From: Squalus acanthias
Lineage: Eukaryota
Direction of reading: 5' to 3'
Length of the DNA: 64,000 bases
Assembly (NCBI GenBank): GCA_030390025.1
Contig: CM059431.1
Location: 122,638,001 to 122,702,000, forward strand
Shown: positions 25,599 to 35,934 of the stretch, in pieces
How positions within the stretch are numbered: the first letter of the stretch is position 1
Layout of the letters: every line of letters begins with the position of its first letter
Program-made: the position numbers and the translations under genes
The notes under the pieces: model-generated
Database searches by the model: none
Seen by the model: only the letters and a program-made list of their open reading frames with translations
Told to the model about the DNA's origin: nothing

Positions 25599-26759
25599 AT
25601 GGGGGCTGCACTGAATGGGGGCGTTGTCCTGCTCCAGCTGAATCGGAGGACACAGAGACGCAGAGAGAGAGTGGCAATGATGGCCAGACGGAGGAGGGCC
25701 AACAGGCGTCTGTACAGGAGAGCTTACCCTCCCAGGGTATATCGTGAACAGCTCTCCTACATTCATATGTCTGAGGAGCTGTGTTTGCGAAGGCTGCGAT
25801 TCAGCAAGGAGGTGGTCACTGAGCTCTGCCACCTGCTGCAGCCAGATCTGCAGCCTCAACTGAGGTCCAGGACGTCTCTGTCGGTGGCAGTGAAGGTCAC
25901 AGTGGCTCTCAACTTCTATGCTCCTGGCTCATTTCAATCTGCTGCTGGGGACCTCGCCAATATCTCCCAGTTCGCGGTGCATTGCTGCATCCGGCAGGTC
26001 ACAAATGCCCTCTTTAAAAGGAGACGAGAGTTCATCTCTTTCCCCATGACCCTAGACAAGCAGCGTGACCGCGCTCTGGGCTTTGCGAGGATAGCGGGCT
26101 TCCCCATGTTGCAGGGCGCCATTGACTGCACGCATGTGGCTTTGCGTGCTCCACATGAGAATGCCGAGGATTTCCGGAACAGAAAGGGGTTCCATTCCTT
26201 GAATGTTCAGTTGGTCTGTGACCACAGACAGCTGATACTCGCTGTCAATGCCCACTATCCTGGCAGCTGCCACGATGCTTTCATCCTGCGCCAGACTACT
26301 GTGGCAGAACTTTTTGATGCACCGCATCAGCCAGTTGGTTGGCTTCTCGGGGACAAGGGGTATCCATTGAGCACCTGGCTGATGACACCGCTCCGTACGC
26401 CCAACACCCCTGCTGAGCTGCGGTACAACGAGAGCCATCAAGCTACCAGGAACATCATTGAGCGCACAATCGGCGTGCTGAAGCAACGGTTCCGCTGTCT
26501 CGACCATTCTGGAGGAGCCCTGCAGTACTCGCCTGAGCGAGTATCCAACTTCGTAGTTGTGTGCTGCATGTTGCATAACATGGCAATCGTCAGGACCCAG
26601 CCAATGCCACCAGGCCTTGGAGCACCACCAGAGGAGGAGGAGGAAGAGGAGGAAGAGGACGAGGAGGATGATCATCAGCAGCACCAAGGCGGGAGGGCGG
26701 CCCAAAATGGTGAAACTGCAAGGGCCGTCCGTCAACGGCTGATAGCAAGCCGCTTCTAG
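25599..26759 (+). CDS. Harbinger DDE transposase (HARBI1-like nuclease family), 386 aa, intact
   Basis: First ATG at 25599. ALNFYAPGSFQ, GAIDCTH, NRKGFHSLNVQ, PGSCHDAFIL, LLGDKGYPL, RNIIERTIGVLKQRFRCL, CCMLHN, acidic tail. No stops or frameshifts. Confidence 0.95.
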   Translation: MGAALNGGVVLLQLNRRTQRRRERVAMMARRRRANRRLYRRAYPPRVYREQLSYIHMSEELCLRRLRFSKEVVTELCHLLQPDLQPQLRSRTSLSVAVKVTVALNFYAPGSFQSAAGDLANISQFAVHCCIRQVTNALFKRRREFISFPMTLDKQRDRALGFARIAGFPMLQGAIDCTHVALRAPHENAEDFRNRKGFHSLNVQLVCDHRQLILAVNAHYPGSCHDAFILRQTTVAELFDAPHQPVGWLLGDKGYPLSTWLMTPLRTPNTPAELRYNESHQATRNIIERTIGVLKQRFRCLDHSGGALQYSPERVSNFVVVCCMLHNMAIVRTQPMPPGLGAPPEEEEEEEEEDEEDDHQQHQGGRAAQNGETARAVRQRLIASRF

Positions 26760-27071
26760 GGCCCCTGCTGTGGAAATGGCTTCTGCCATTGCTAACAACA
26801 TCAATGAACCCAGCACGCAACCCCTAAGCCGGCCAAGGCACCAATGATTCCAAACACCAAACATGTATATTTTGAATACAAAAACTTATTTATTTTACAA
26901 ACTCTGTGTGTGTCATTTCCTCATGACAAACTCATAGAAATAAACACAAAAAAACAGTCATTAACATAACTGGTTCTCACAACCTGGAGATAATGTCCAA
27001 AACAGTAGACAAAAGTTGGACCACGAACCTCGGCCTTTAATTAAAAAATGACCAGCATTTTGTCACACCTC

Positions 27072-28949
27072 CTACTTTTTGCCCTTCGAGGGTGATCTCC
27101 TTCCCTTGCGCACTTCCCCCCTTCTAACCCTACTGCTCCTCCGTAATGGGACCTCAGTGGCTGCAGCAAGGCTGGTGGAAGGCTGCTGATCGTCAGACCC
27201 TGACACTGCAGATGCCCCTGAAGGACGGCCTCGACCAGTTCTGGGCCTGGAGGGCCCGGCTGCAGACTGCACCAACTCTGCATGGGCGGCAGCAGTCTGT
27301 CCTACAGGCGGTGGCAAGTGCAGTGGAGAAGTGACAGTGTTGGCAGCAGGAATGCTGTCATCGTGAGAGAGGACAGCAACTCCCTGCTCGACCGACACAC
27401 TGGCACTCCCACGGGGCAGCACTTCAGCATCCGGAGCAATCTGCTGGAGCACAGATTGCTGGCCTGCTGCGGCGCGGTGAGAGCCCCGGGGACATGTGAA
27501 CGAACCATCGAGGTTGGCATCAGTCAGTGCTCGCGTGGCCTCAATCTGAGTCTGCATGAGAGCAGTCAGAGATGGGATCACGGCAGTCAGTGACTGAATT
27601 GCAGCACTAAGCTTTAGTGTGGCATCTGCCTGTGCTACAGCGATGTGCTCCACACTCCTTGCCAGTGACTCAATGCATTCGGGCACCCTTCCCACTGCAC
27701 CCATGAGCTCAGTGTGCATGCCCACCGCCTGGCTGTTCATTTCTGCAATCAGCCGCTCCTCCTCTGCGTCCATTGCAGTAGGAGTGTCTGGCATACTCTC
27801 CCTCTGGGGAGAAGGCTCCCGTTCTTCCCTCCCCCCCCCCATGGCGTTGCTGCAGCCCGCTGGGTCCTGGAGCTTCACCATCATCAGCCCCTTCCCCCCT
27901 GCTCCCCTCCGGGGAAGGCGTGTTCCCAGTGTGGGCATGGGCTTCCTCGGGAGAGGGTGGCACTGATGCTCCGGCTTCCTCTTCCTCCTCAGCTGCAGCA
28001 TCACTCCCAGTGGCAGCTTCAGGGCCCGTCTCCTCAGCTGGTGAATCACCATCTGAAAGCAGGGAGGTACAAGAGTGGCTTTAGCGTGAGGACAGGGTGG
28101 CAGTAAGGGAGGAATAAGTGCAGCGAGTTAGCAAGTTGGATTGAAAGTGTCAAAGGCTGGTATTGTGAGGGACAAGTGGAAGGACAGAGGACAAAAAGGT
28201 AATGACCTTACCATTGCTGTCCACAACGGGGTCGGCGTCCCCAGTGGCGACGGGACCGATCACCCGGCTTGCCACAATCCTGTGGACGCGCTCCTCCAGA
28301 TCGCTGAGGGGTTGCAGCTGAAGCCGCCCTCCACCCGTCCGTTGCTGCTGTCTCCGATTATGAGCCAGCTTAGCCTGCAAGAAAAAGGACAGCATCTGAG
28401 TAAATATACAGCCATGGTCTTGCCTGATGTGCCTCCCATAGGTGAATAGCCCTTACTGTATACAGCCATGGTCTTGCCTGATCTGCCTCCCATAGGTGAA
28501 TAGCCCTTACTGTATGCAGCCATGGTCTTGCCTGATGTGCCTCCCATAGGTGAATAGCCCTTACTGTATGCAAAGTGTGGAATGTGTGTGTGTGTTTCAT
28601 GAAAGGGCCATAGGTGTTGGATGAGTGTTGTGCATTGGGGTTTTAAGACCCTCTGGCCATAGAGTGAGGTTGAGATGGAGGGATGGAGAGGTATTGAGAA
28701 AAAGCCACTCACCCTGACGACCCGAGTGAGGTCGTTGAACTTTTTGCGGCATTGAACATGGGTCCTGGGCACCATGCTCCTGGAGGAGACGATCTGAGCC
28801 ACCTCCCTCCACACTCTTCTGTACTCACGTGGCAAAGGTCTCCTGCCACTCTCAGGGAAGAGTATAGATCTTCTGCGCTCCACCGCGCCAACCAGAGCAT
28901 CCAAGGCCCGCTCGGTGAAGCGCTGAGCTCGTTCTCTCACCCTCTCCAT
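27072..28949 (-). CDS. Harbinger Myb/SANT-like DNA-binding protein, 3 exons (28949-28713, 28374-28212, 28052-27072), one frameshift at 27831-27840
   Basis: Exon 1 RAQRFTERALDALV...WREVAQIV...RTHVQCRKKFNDL; exon 2 TGGG motif. Canonical GT-AG introns with compatible phases (0 then 1). Would give 459 aa if the G10 run were G9. Confidence 0.85.
28405..28572. repeat. 3 x 54-bp tandem repeat in Myb gene intron 1
   Basis: CAGCCATGGTCTTGCCTGAT.TGCCTCCCATAGGTGAATAGCCCTTACTGTAT units start at 28409, 28463, 28517. Confidence 0.95.
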
Positions 28950-29379
28950 CCTTGGCAGCAAAATGGATTCACAGGTCTCTCCAGGCTGAGATTCAAGGCT
29001 GCAATGAGCAGGGTGTGGCTGGGGAGCAAGTTGCCCCCCCCCCTTTAAGAACTGGCCGGCGCCAGTCTGTCTGTGTTCCCTCGCTAACTGGCAGCACCTG
29101 CGCTGCGCTCGCGCGCTGAGTTAGCACCTCACTGCTCGGCCTTTGCGCCTTAAGACAGGTATGCAGCGCCTGATTTAGCGCTCCACTCACCTCCCGGGGC
29201 GGTAAAAGTGAAGTTTCCAGTCAGTGGCGATAATTATCGCCAGGCGCTAATTTTTGCGTCCAGACGATATTTGCGCCCCAAACGGGGCACGACCTAATTT
29301 TTCGCCCATAGAGTTGTACAGCACAGAAAGAGGCCCTTCGGCCCATCGTGTCTGCGCCGGCCATCAAGCCCTATCTATT

Positions 29380-31236
29380 CTAATCCCATTTCGCAGCACT
29401 TGGTCTGTAGCCTTGTATGCTATGGCGTTTCAAGTGCTCATCTAATAGCTTCTTGAATGTTGTGAGGGTTCCTGCCTCTACCACCCTTTCAGGCAGTGAG
29501 TTCCAGATTCCAACCACCCTCTGGGTGAAAAAGTGTTTCCTCAAATCCCCTCTAAACCTCCTGCCCCTTACCTTGAAACTATGCCACCTGGTTATTGACC
29601 CCTCTACTAAGGGGAAAAGTTCCTTTCTATCTACCCTATCTATGACCCTCATAATTTTGTACACCTCAATCAGGTCCCCCCTCAGCCTTCTCTGCTCTAA
29701 GGAAAACAACCCCAGCCTGTCCAGTCTCTCTTCATAGCTGAAACGCTCCAGCCCAGGTAACATCCTGGTGATTCTCCTCTGCACCCTTTCAAATGCAATC
29801 ACATCCTTCCTATAGTGTGGTGACCAGAACTGCACACAGTATTGCAGCTGTGGCCTAACTAGCGTTTTGTACAGCTCTATCATAATCACCCTGCTCTTAT
29901 ACTCTATGCCTCGGCTAATGAAGGCAAGTATCCCATATGCCTTCTTAACCACCTTATCTACCTGTCCTGCTGCCTTCAGGGATCTATGTACATGCACACC
30001 AAGGTCCCTCTGATCCTCTGTCCTTCCTCGGGTCCTACCATTCATTAAGTATTCCCTTGCCTTGTTAGTCCTCCCAAAATGCATCACCTCACACTTTTCA
30101 GGGTTAAATTCCATTTGCCACTGTTCTGCCCATCTGACCAACCCATCTATATCATTCTGTAGCCTGAGGCTTCCCTCCTCGCTATTTACCACTCCACCAA
30201 TTTTCGTGTCATCTGCGAACTTACTGATCATACCTCCTACATTCATATCTAAATCATTAATGTACACTACAAACAGCAAGGGACCCAGCACCGATCCCTG
30301 TGATACATCACTGGACACAGGCTTCCAGTCACAAAAACAACCTTCGACCATCACCCTCTGCTTCCTGCCACTAAGCCAATTTTGGATCCAATGTGCCAAA
30401 TTGCCCTGGATAACATAGGCTCTTATCTTCTTGACCAGTCTCCCATGTGGGACTTTGTCAAAAGCCTTACTGAAGTCCATGTAGACTACATTAACTGCAC
30501 TACCCTCATCCATGCACCTAGTCATCCAATTGAAAAATTCAATCAAATTTGTTAGACATGATCTCCCCCTGACAAAGCCATGCAGACTATCCTTGATTAA
30601 TCCTTGCCTCTCCAAGTGGAGACTAAATCTGTCCCTCAGAATTTTTTCCAATAATTTCCCTACCACTGATGTTAGGCTCACTGGCCTGTAATTCCCTGGT
30701 TTATCCCTACTACCCTTCTTGAATAATAGTACTATTTTAGCTGTCCTCCAGTCCTCTGGCACCTCCCCTGTGGCCAGAGAGGTTCTGAAAATTTGTGTCA
30801 GAGCCCCTGCAATCTCCTCCCTTGCCTCACACTGCAGCCTGGGATACATCTCGTCTGGGCCTGGGGATTTATCCACTTTTAAGCCCGCTAAAACCGCTAG
30901 TACCTCCTCCCTCTCAATACTAATTTGTTCAAGTATATCACAATCCCCCAGTCTGATTTCTATGCCTACATCGTCCTTCTCCATAGTGAACACAGATGCA
31001 AAATATTCATTTAAAACCTCACCTACATCTTTCGGCTCAACACACAGATTGCCACTTTGGTCCCTAATGGGCTCTACTCTTTCCCTGGTTATCCTCTTGC
31101 CCTTAATATACTTATAAAACACCTTGGGATTTTCCTTTATTTTGCCCGCCAGTGTTTTTTCATGCCACCTCTTCACTCTCCTAATTTCTTTTTTAAGTAC
31201 CCCCCTGCCCTTTCTATACTCCTCTAGGGCTTCCAC
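29380..31236 (-). CDS. CR1 ORF2 reverse transcriptase and C-terminal region (uninterrupted 618 aa, endonuclease absent)
   Basis: KSPGPD, NYRPVSLTS, DFSKAFDKVPH, QGSVLGP, KFADD, WNSLP motifs in one open frame. Confidence 0.88.
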   Translation of the reverse strand: MEALEEYRKGRGVLKKEIRRVKRWHEKTLAGKIKENPKVFYKYIKGKRITRERVEPIRDQSGNLCVEPKDVGEVLNEYFASVFTMEKDDVGIEIRLGDCDILEQISIEREEVLAVLAGLKVDKSPGPDEMYPRLQCEAREEIAGALTQIFRTSLATGEVPEDWRTAKIVLLFKKGSRDKPGNYRPVSLTSVVGKLLEKILRDRFSLHLERQGLIKDSLHGFVRGRSCLTNLIEFFNWMTRCMDEGSAVNVVYMDFSKAFDKVPHGRLVKKIRAYVIQGNLAHWIQNWLSGRKQRVMVEGCFCDWKPVSSDVSQGSVLGPLLFVVYINDLDMNVGGMISKFADDTKIGGVVNSEEGSLRLQNDIDGLVRWAEQWQMEFNPEKCEVMHFGRTNKAREYLMNGRTRGRTEDQRDLGVHVHRSLKAAGQVDKVVKKAYGILAFISRGIEYKSRVIMIELYKTLVRPQLQYCVQFWSPHYRKDVIAFERVQRRITRMLPGLERFSYEERLDRLGLFSLEQRRLRGDLIEVYKIMRVIDRVDRKELFPLVEGSITRWHSFKVRGRRFRGDLRKHFFTQRVVGIWNSLPERVVEAGTLTTFKKLLDEHLKRHSIQGYRPSAAKWD

Positions 31237-33923
31237 TGTTTATAGTCCTTTGTATCTGCCAAAAGCCTCCCTTTGTTTCCTAAACCATTCTTGTATATCC
31301 CTTTACATCCAGGGTTCCCTGGACTTGTTGGTTCCACCCTTGACCTTTACGGGAACATGTTGGCGCTGTACTCTCTCTATTTCCTTTCTGAATAACTCCC
31401 ACTGCTCTGATGTGGATTTTCCTACAAGTCCTTCTTGACTTGTCTGCAGCCTTTGACACATTTGACCACTCCATCCTTCTCCAATGCCTGTCCACTGTCC
31501 TCCAGCTGGGTGGGACTGCACTCGCCTGGTTCCATTCTTATCTATCTAATCATAACCAGAGAATCACCTGCAATGGCTTCTCTTCCCGCTCCTGCATCAC
31601 TACCTCTGGTGTCCCCCAAGGATCTATCCTTGGCCCCCTCCTATTTCTCAACTACATGTTGCTCCTTGGCGACAACATCCGAAAACACAGCGTCAGTTTC
31701 CACATGTATACTGACGACACCCAGCTCTACCTCACTACATCTTCTCTCAACCCCTCCACGGTCTCTAAATTGTCAGACTGCTTGTCCAACATACAGTTTT
31801 GGATGAGCAAAAATGTTCTCCAATTAAATATTGGGAAAACCGAAGCCATTGTTTTTGGTCCCCGCCACAAACTCCGTTCCCTAGCCACTGACTCCATCCC
31901 TCTCCCTAACATCTGTCTGAGGCTGAACCACACTGTTCACAACCTTGGTGTCATATTTGACCCTGAAATGAGCTTCCGACCACATATCCGCAGCATAACA
32001 AAGACCGCCTACTTCCACCTCCGTAACATCGCCCGTCTCCGCCCTTGCCTCAGCTCATCCGCTACTGAAACCCTCATCCATGCCTTTGTTACCTCCAGGC
32101 TTGACTATTCCAATGCACTCCTGGCTGGCCTCCCACATTCCACCCTACGTAAACTTGAGGTCATCCAAAACTCGGCTGCCCGTGTCCTAACTCGCACCAA
32201 GTCCCGTTCGCCCATCACCCCTGTGCTCGCTGACCTACATTGGCTCCCAGTTAAGCAGCACCTTGATTTCAAAATTCTCATCCTTGTTTTCAAATTCCTC
32301 CATTGTCTTGCCCCTTCCTATCTCTGTAATCTCCTCCAGCTCCACAACCCCTCGAGATATCTGCACTCCTCTAATTCTGCCCTCTTGAGGATCCCTGATT
32401 ATAATCACTCAACCTTTGATGGCCGTGCCTTCTGTTGCCTAGGCCCTAAAATCTGGAATTCCCTTCCATAACCTGTCCACATCGCTACCTCTCTTTCCTC
32501 CTTTAAAACGCTCCTTAAAACCTACCTCTTTGATCAAGCTTTTGGTCACCTGCCCTAATTTATCCTTATGTGGATCAGTGTCAAATTTTTTGTCTTAAAA
32601 TACTCCTGTGCAGCGCCTTAGGACGTTTTACTACGTTAAAGGTGCTATATAAATACAAGTTGTTGTTGTTGTTGACTGGCAGCCAACATAATAGGTAATC
32701 CAAAAGTCTTCTATTGGCATATAAATAGCAAAACCGTAGTAAGAGGAAGGGTGGAGTTGATTAGGGACCAAAAAGGAGACCTATGCATGGAGGCAGAGGG
32801 TAAGGCTGAGGTACTAAATGAGTACTTTGCATCTGTCTTCACCAAGGAAGAGGATGCTGCCATAGACAAAGTAAAGGAGGAGGTAGCAGAAATACTTGAT
32901 ATGATAAAAATTGATAAAGAGGAGGTATTAGAAAGGTTGGCTGTAATTAAAGTAGATAAATCACCAGGAGCAGATGGGATGCATCCTAGGATGATGAGGG
33001 AATTGAGGGAGGAAATCGCGGAGATACTGGCCATAATATTCCAATCCTCCTTAGATATGGGGGTGGTGCCAGAGGACTGGAGAATTGCAAATGTTACACC
33101 ATTGTTCAAAAAAGGGTGTAAAGATAAACCCAACAACTACAGGCCAGTCAGTTTGACCTTGGTAGTGGGGAAGCTTTTAGAAACAATAATCGGGGACAAA
33201 ATTAACAGTCACTTGGACAAGTGTGGATTAATTAAGGAAAGTCAGCATGGATTTGTTAAAGGCGAATCGTGTTTAACTAACTTGATTGAGTTCTTTGATG
33301 AAGTAACAGAGAGGGTTGGTGAAGGTAATGCAGTTGACGTAGTGTACGTGGATTTCCAAATGGCATTCGACAAAGTGCCACATAATAGGCTTGCAGGCAA
33401 AGTTGAAGCCCATGGAATAAAAGGGACAGTGGCAGCATGGAGAGAGAATTGGCTAAGTGATAGGAAACAGAGAGTAGTGGTGAACAGTTGTTTTTCGGAC
33501 TGGAGGAAGGTATACATTGGTGTTCCCCAGGGGTCGGTTCTAGGACCACTGCTTTTCTTGATATATATTAATGACTTGGACGTGGGTGTACAGGGCACAA
33601 TTTCAAAATTTGTAGATGACATTACATTTGGAAGTATAGTGAACAGTGAGGAGGATAGTGATAGACTTCAGGAAGACATAGACAGGCTGTTGAAATGGGC
33701 GGACACGTGGCAGATTAAATTTAATGCAGAAAAGTGTGAAGTGATACATTTTAGCAGAAAGAATGAGGAGAGAACAGATAAACTAAATGGTAAAATCCAG
33801 AAGGGGGTGCACGAACAGAGAGACCTGGAGGTATATATGCACAAATCATTGAAGGTGGCAGGGCAGGTTGAAAAAGCAGTTAAAAAGGCTTACGGGATCC
33901 TGGGCTTGATAAATAGAGTTATA

Positions 33924-34765
33924 GGGCTGGATTTTGAATGACCCGTGGAGTCGGGCTTAAGTCGGGGGGGGTTAAAGTTGCGGATTTGGGGGTCCCGACC
34001 CCATCCCGACTCCAACCTGCCTCCATGCCAGTTTCTCTGGCGGCGGGTACCCGACCTGGTCTGAGACCCGACTCCCCGAGGCGGGAAGGGATTAGTGACA
34101 ATTAACTGCCTGTTAACAGGTAGTTAACAGGCAGTTTTTTGCATAATCCCTATTTTAAAAACAAAAGTGTGGGCTTCCCGACAGGTGGCAAACACTCCAA
34201 GTTATCAGGGCGGACCGTGGGTCTGCAGGGGTTGGAGGGGTCGATATGTCCGGTGGACAGGTGAGTAATGGGTGCATGTGTGCAGAGGTAAGTGTGTAAG
34301 GTAAGTGCTAAGTGTTGGAAAAAGTTTTACTTACCTTAACTTCCTCCTGCAGGTGTCAGCCCTTCAGTTCTCGGGAGCTAGAAATCTCACCGGCACAGAA
34401 AGCAGGAAAGCCGTGGACCTGTCAAAAACAGCAGCCTTCTGTTTTCTGTGCTGGAATGATTTCTAACTCAGCCTGAAAGGAAGGACTGAAGTTAGAAATC
34501 ATATTGTGAGTGTTTGACAGCTTCACAGAGCTGTCAAATGCTGATATTTCATCTGTCAAAAGCTCTTGACAGATGAAATGTCAGTCTGTGACGTCACCAG
34601 TTGCCGGGTGGCCCTTAATTGGCCTGCTGAGCCCACTGGGCGGGCTCGAACAAGGTCAATCAAGGGAAAATACAGTGGGTTGGCCACATCTCGATGGAGG
34701 CGGGTCCACAAGCCAGAATGTGTGATTCCCGACCCCAACATGACTCCAACTTCAAAATCCAGCCC
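33924..34765. mobile_element. Harbinger-type non-autonomous element, family B
   Basis: Perfect 15-bp TIR GGGCTGGATTTTGAA, ATA TSD at 33921-33923 and 34766-34768. Interrupts the CR1 frame. Confidence 0.92.
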
Positions 34766-35934
34766 ATAGAGTACAAAAGCAAGGAAATTATGATGAACCT
34801 GTATAAAACATTAGTTTGGCCCCAACTGGAGTACTGTGTCCATTACTGGGCACCACACTTTAGGAAGGATGTGAAGGCCTTAGAGAGGGTGCAGAAAAGA
34901 TTTATGAGAAAGATTCCAGGAATAAGGGACTTCAGTTACGTTGATAGACTGGAGAAGCTGGTGTTGTTCTTCTTGGAGCAGAGAAGATTGAGAGGAGATT
35001 TGACAGAGGTGTTCTAAATCATGAGGGGTCTGGACAGAGTAGATAGAGGGAAATTGTTCCCATTGGCAGAAGGGTCAAGAACCAGAGGACACAGATTTAA
35101 GGTGATTGGCAAAAGAACCAAAGGCGATGTAAGAAAAATCTTTTTACGCAGAGAGTGGTTAAGATCTCGAGTGTACTGCCTGAAAGGGTGATGGGGGCAG
35201 ATTCAGTCACGGCTTTCAAAAGGGAGTTGGATAAGTATCTGAAGGAAAGAAATTTGCAAGGCTACGGGGAAAGTGGGACTATCTGAAGTGCTCTTGCAGA
35301 GAGCTGGAATTGGCTCGACGGGCCAAATGGCCTCCTTCCATGCTGTAACCATTCTATGATTTATGATTCTAATGAATGAGGAGGTTGTGGTGAGCTCTTA
35401 TACTAAGGTTGTAGCAAGCTTCACATTCTGAAAACCACACATTAGAAGATAACAAAGATAGGTGTTGTGAAAATTGGTCACTGGTAGAGCTCTGCGATAC
35501 TCAATGAAAATTTAAAATCCAGATGTTGGTGTAGGCTGACAGAGGCAATGGGCTTTGACTGGCTTTGTTCTTTTTGAAGTTGCAACCAATTGCTACACGA
35601 AGTGGGTTTGCTCAAATATGGTGCCATCCGTTGCAATTATGAATTGCAGAGACGATAAGAAAGAATCTTAAACCGTTTAATAGCACACAGGAGACCAATA
35701 TTAGGTGATATGTTCTTTTACTAGTGTGGGAGACAAGAGAGACGATTTGCTGATGATACTGGTGAAAAAAAGTGAGGGTACGACCTGGAATGAATCTCAT
35801 TACATAGTAGAGTAGGATGAAATCATCCAATGCTAAAGGTGTAAATTTCTTATAGGGAAAGGTATCCAGGAGAACAGAATAGACAGAAATATAAGGAAAA
35901 TGGAAAAGTTCATCAAACATGTTGCAAATATGTT

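Larger units (their letters stand above)
25089..29307 (+). mobile_element. Full-length PIF/Harbinger DNA transposon (~4.2 kb)
   Basis: Imperfect TIRs GGGGGAAAATT / AATTTTTCGCCC, near-TSD ATG/ATA, CpG-rich subterminal palindromes, two convergent genes (transposase and Myb/SANT). Confidence 0.93.
25073..31427 (-). mobile_element. CR1 LINE, 5'-truncated (body 29308-31427, tail remnant 25073-25088)
   Basis: 6-bp TSD GTCCTT at 25067-25072 and 31428-31433. ATAGAGT tail units lie on both sides of the Harbinger. Confidence 0.9.
24801..32673 (+). mobile_element. L2 LINE, 5'-truncated, split into 24801-25072 and 31428-32673
   Basis: QSGFHPCHSTETALIKVTNDIL...SFLVL|LDLSAAFDT rejoins across the CR1 insertion. 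YTDDTQLY RT motif, (TGT)n tail at 32659-32673. Confidence 0.92.
24690..35372 (+). mobile_element. CR1 LINE (outer element of nest): pieces 24690-24800, 32674-33923, 34769-35372
   Basis: Reading frame YRKVRGEVKKKIRGAKRRYENR|LAANIIGNPKVFY rejoins across the L2. RT ORF 32751-33920. INRV-I-EYKSKE rejoins across the MITE. ATTCTATG tail at ~35350. Confidence 0.9.

Noticed and set aside
25530..26759. Calling the transposase the domesticated host gene HARBI1
   Set aside because: It lies between TIRs, is paired with a Myb gene, is nested in a LINE tail and has related non-autonomous copies, so it is a transposon gene.
26052..26864. 270-aa antisense ORF over the transposase
   Set aside because: Shadow frame of a GC-rich coding sequence; the hydrophobic run mirrors the acidic GAG repeat.
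27072..28052. 326-aa stand-alone ORF as an independent gene
   Set aside because: Its start coincides with a splice acceptor and only the part after the G10 run is in the likely native frame; it is exon 3 of the Myb gene.
28405..28572. CRISPR-like array
   Set aside because: Contiguous tandem units with no unique spacers, in a eukaryotic intron.
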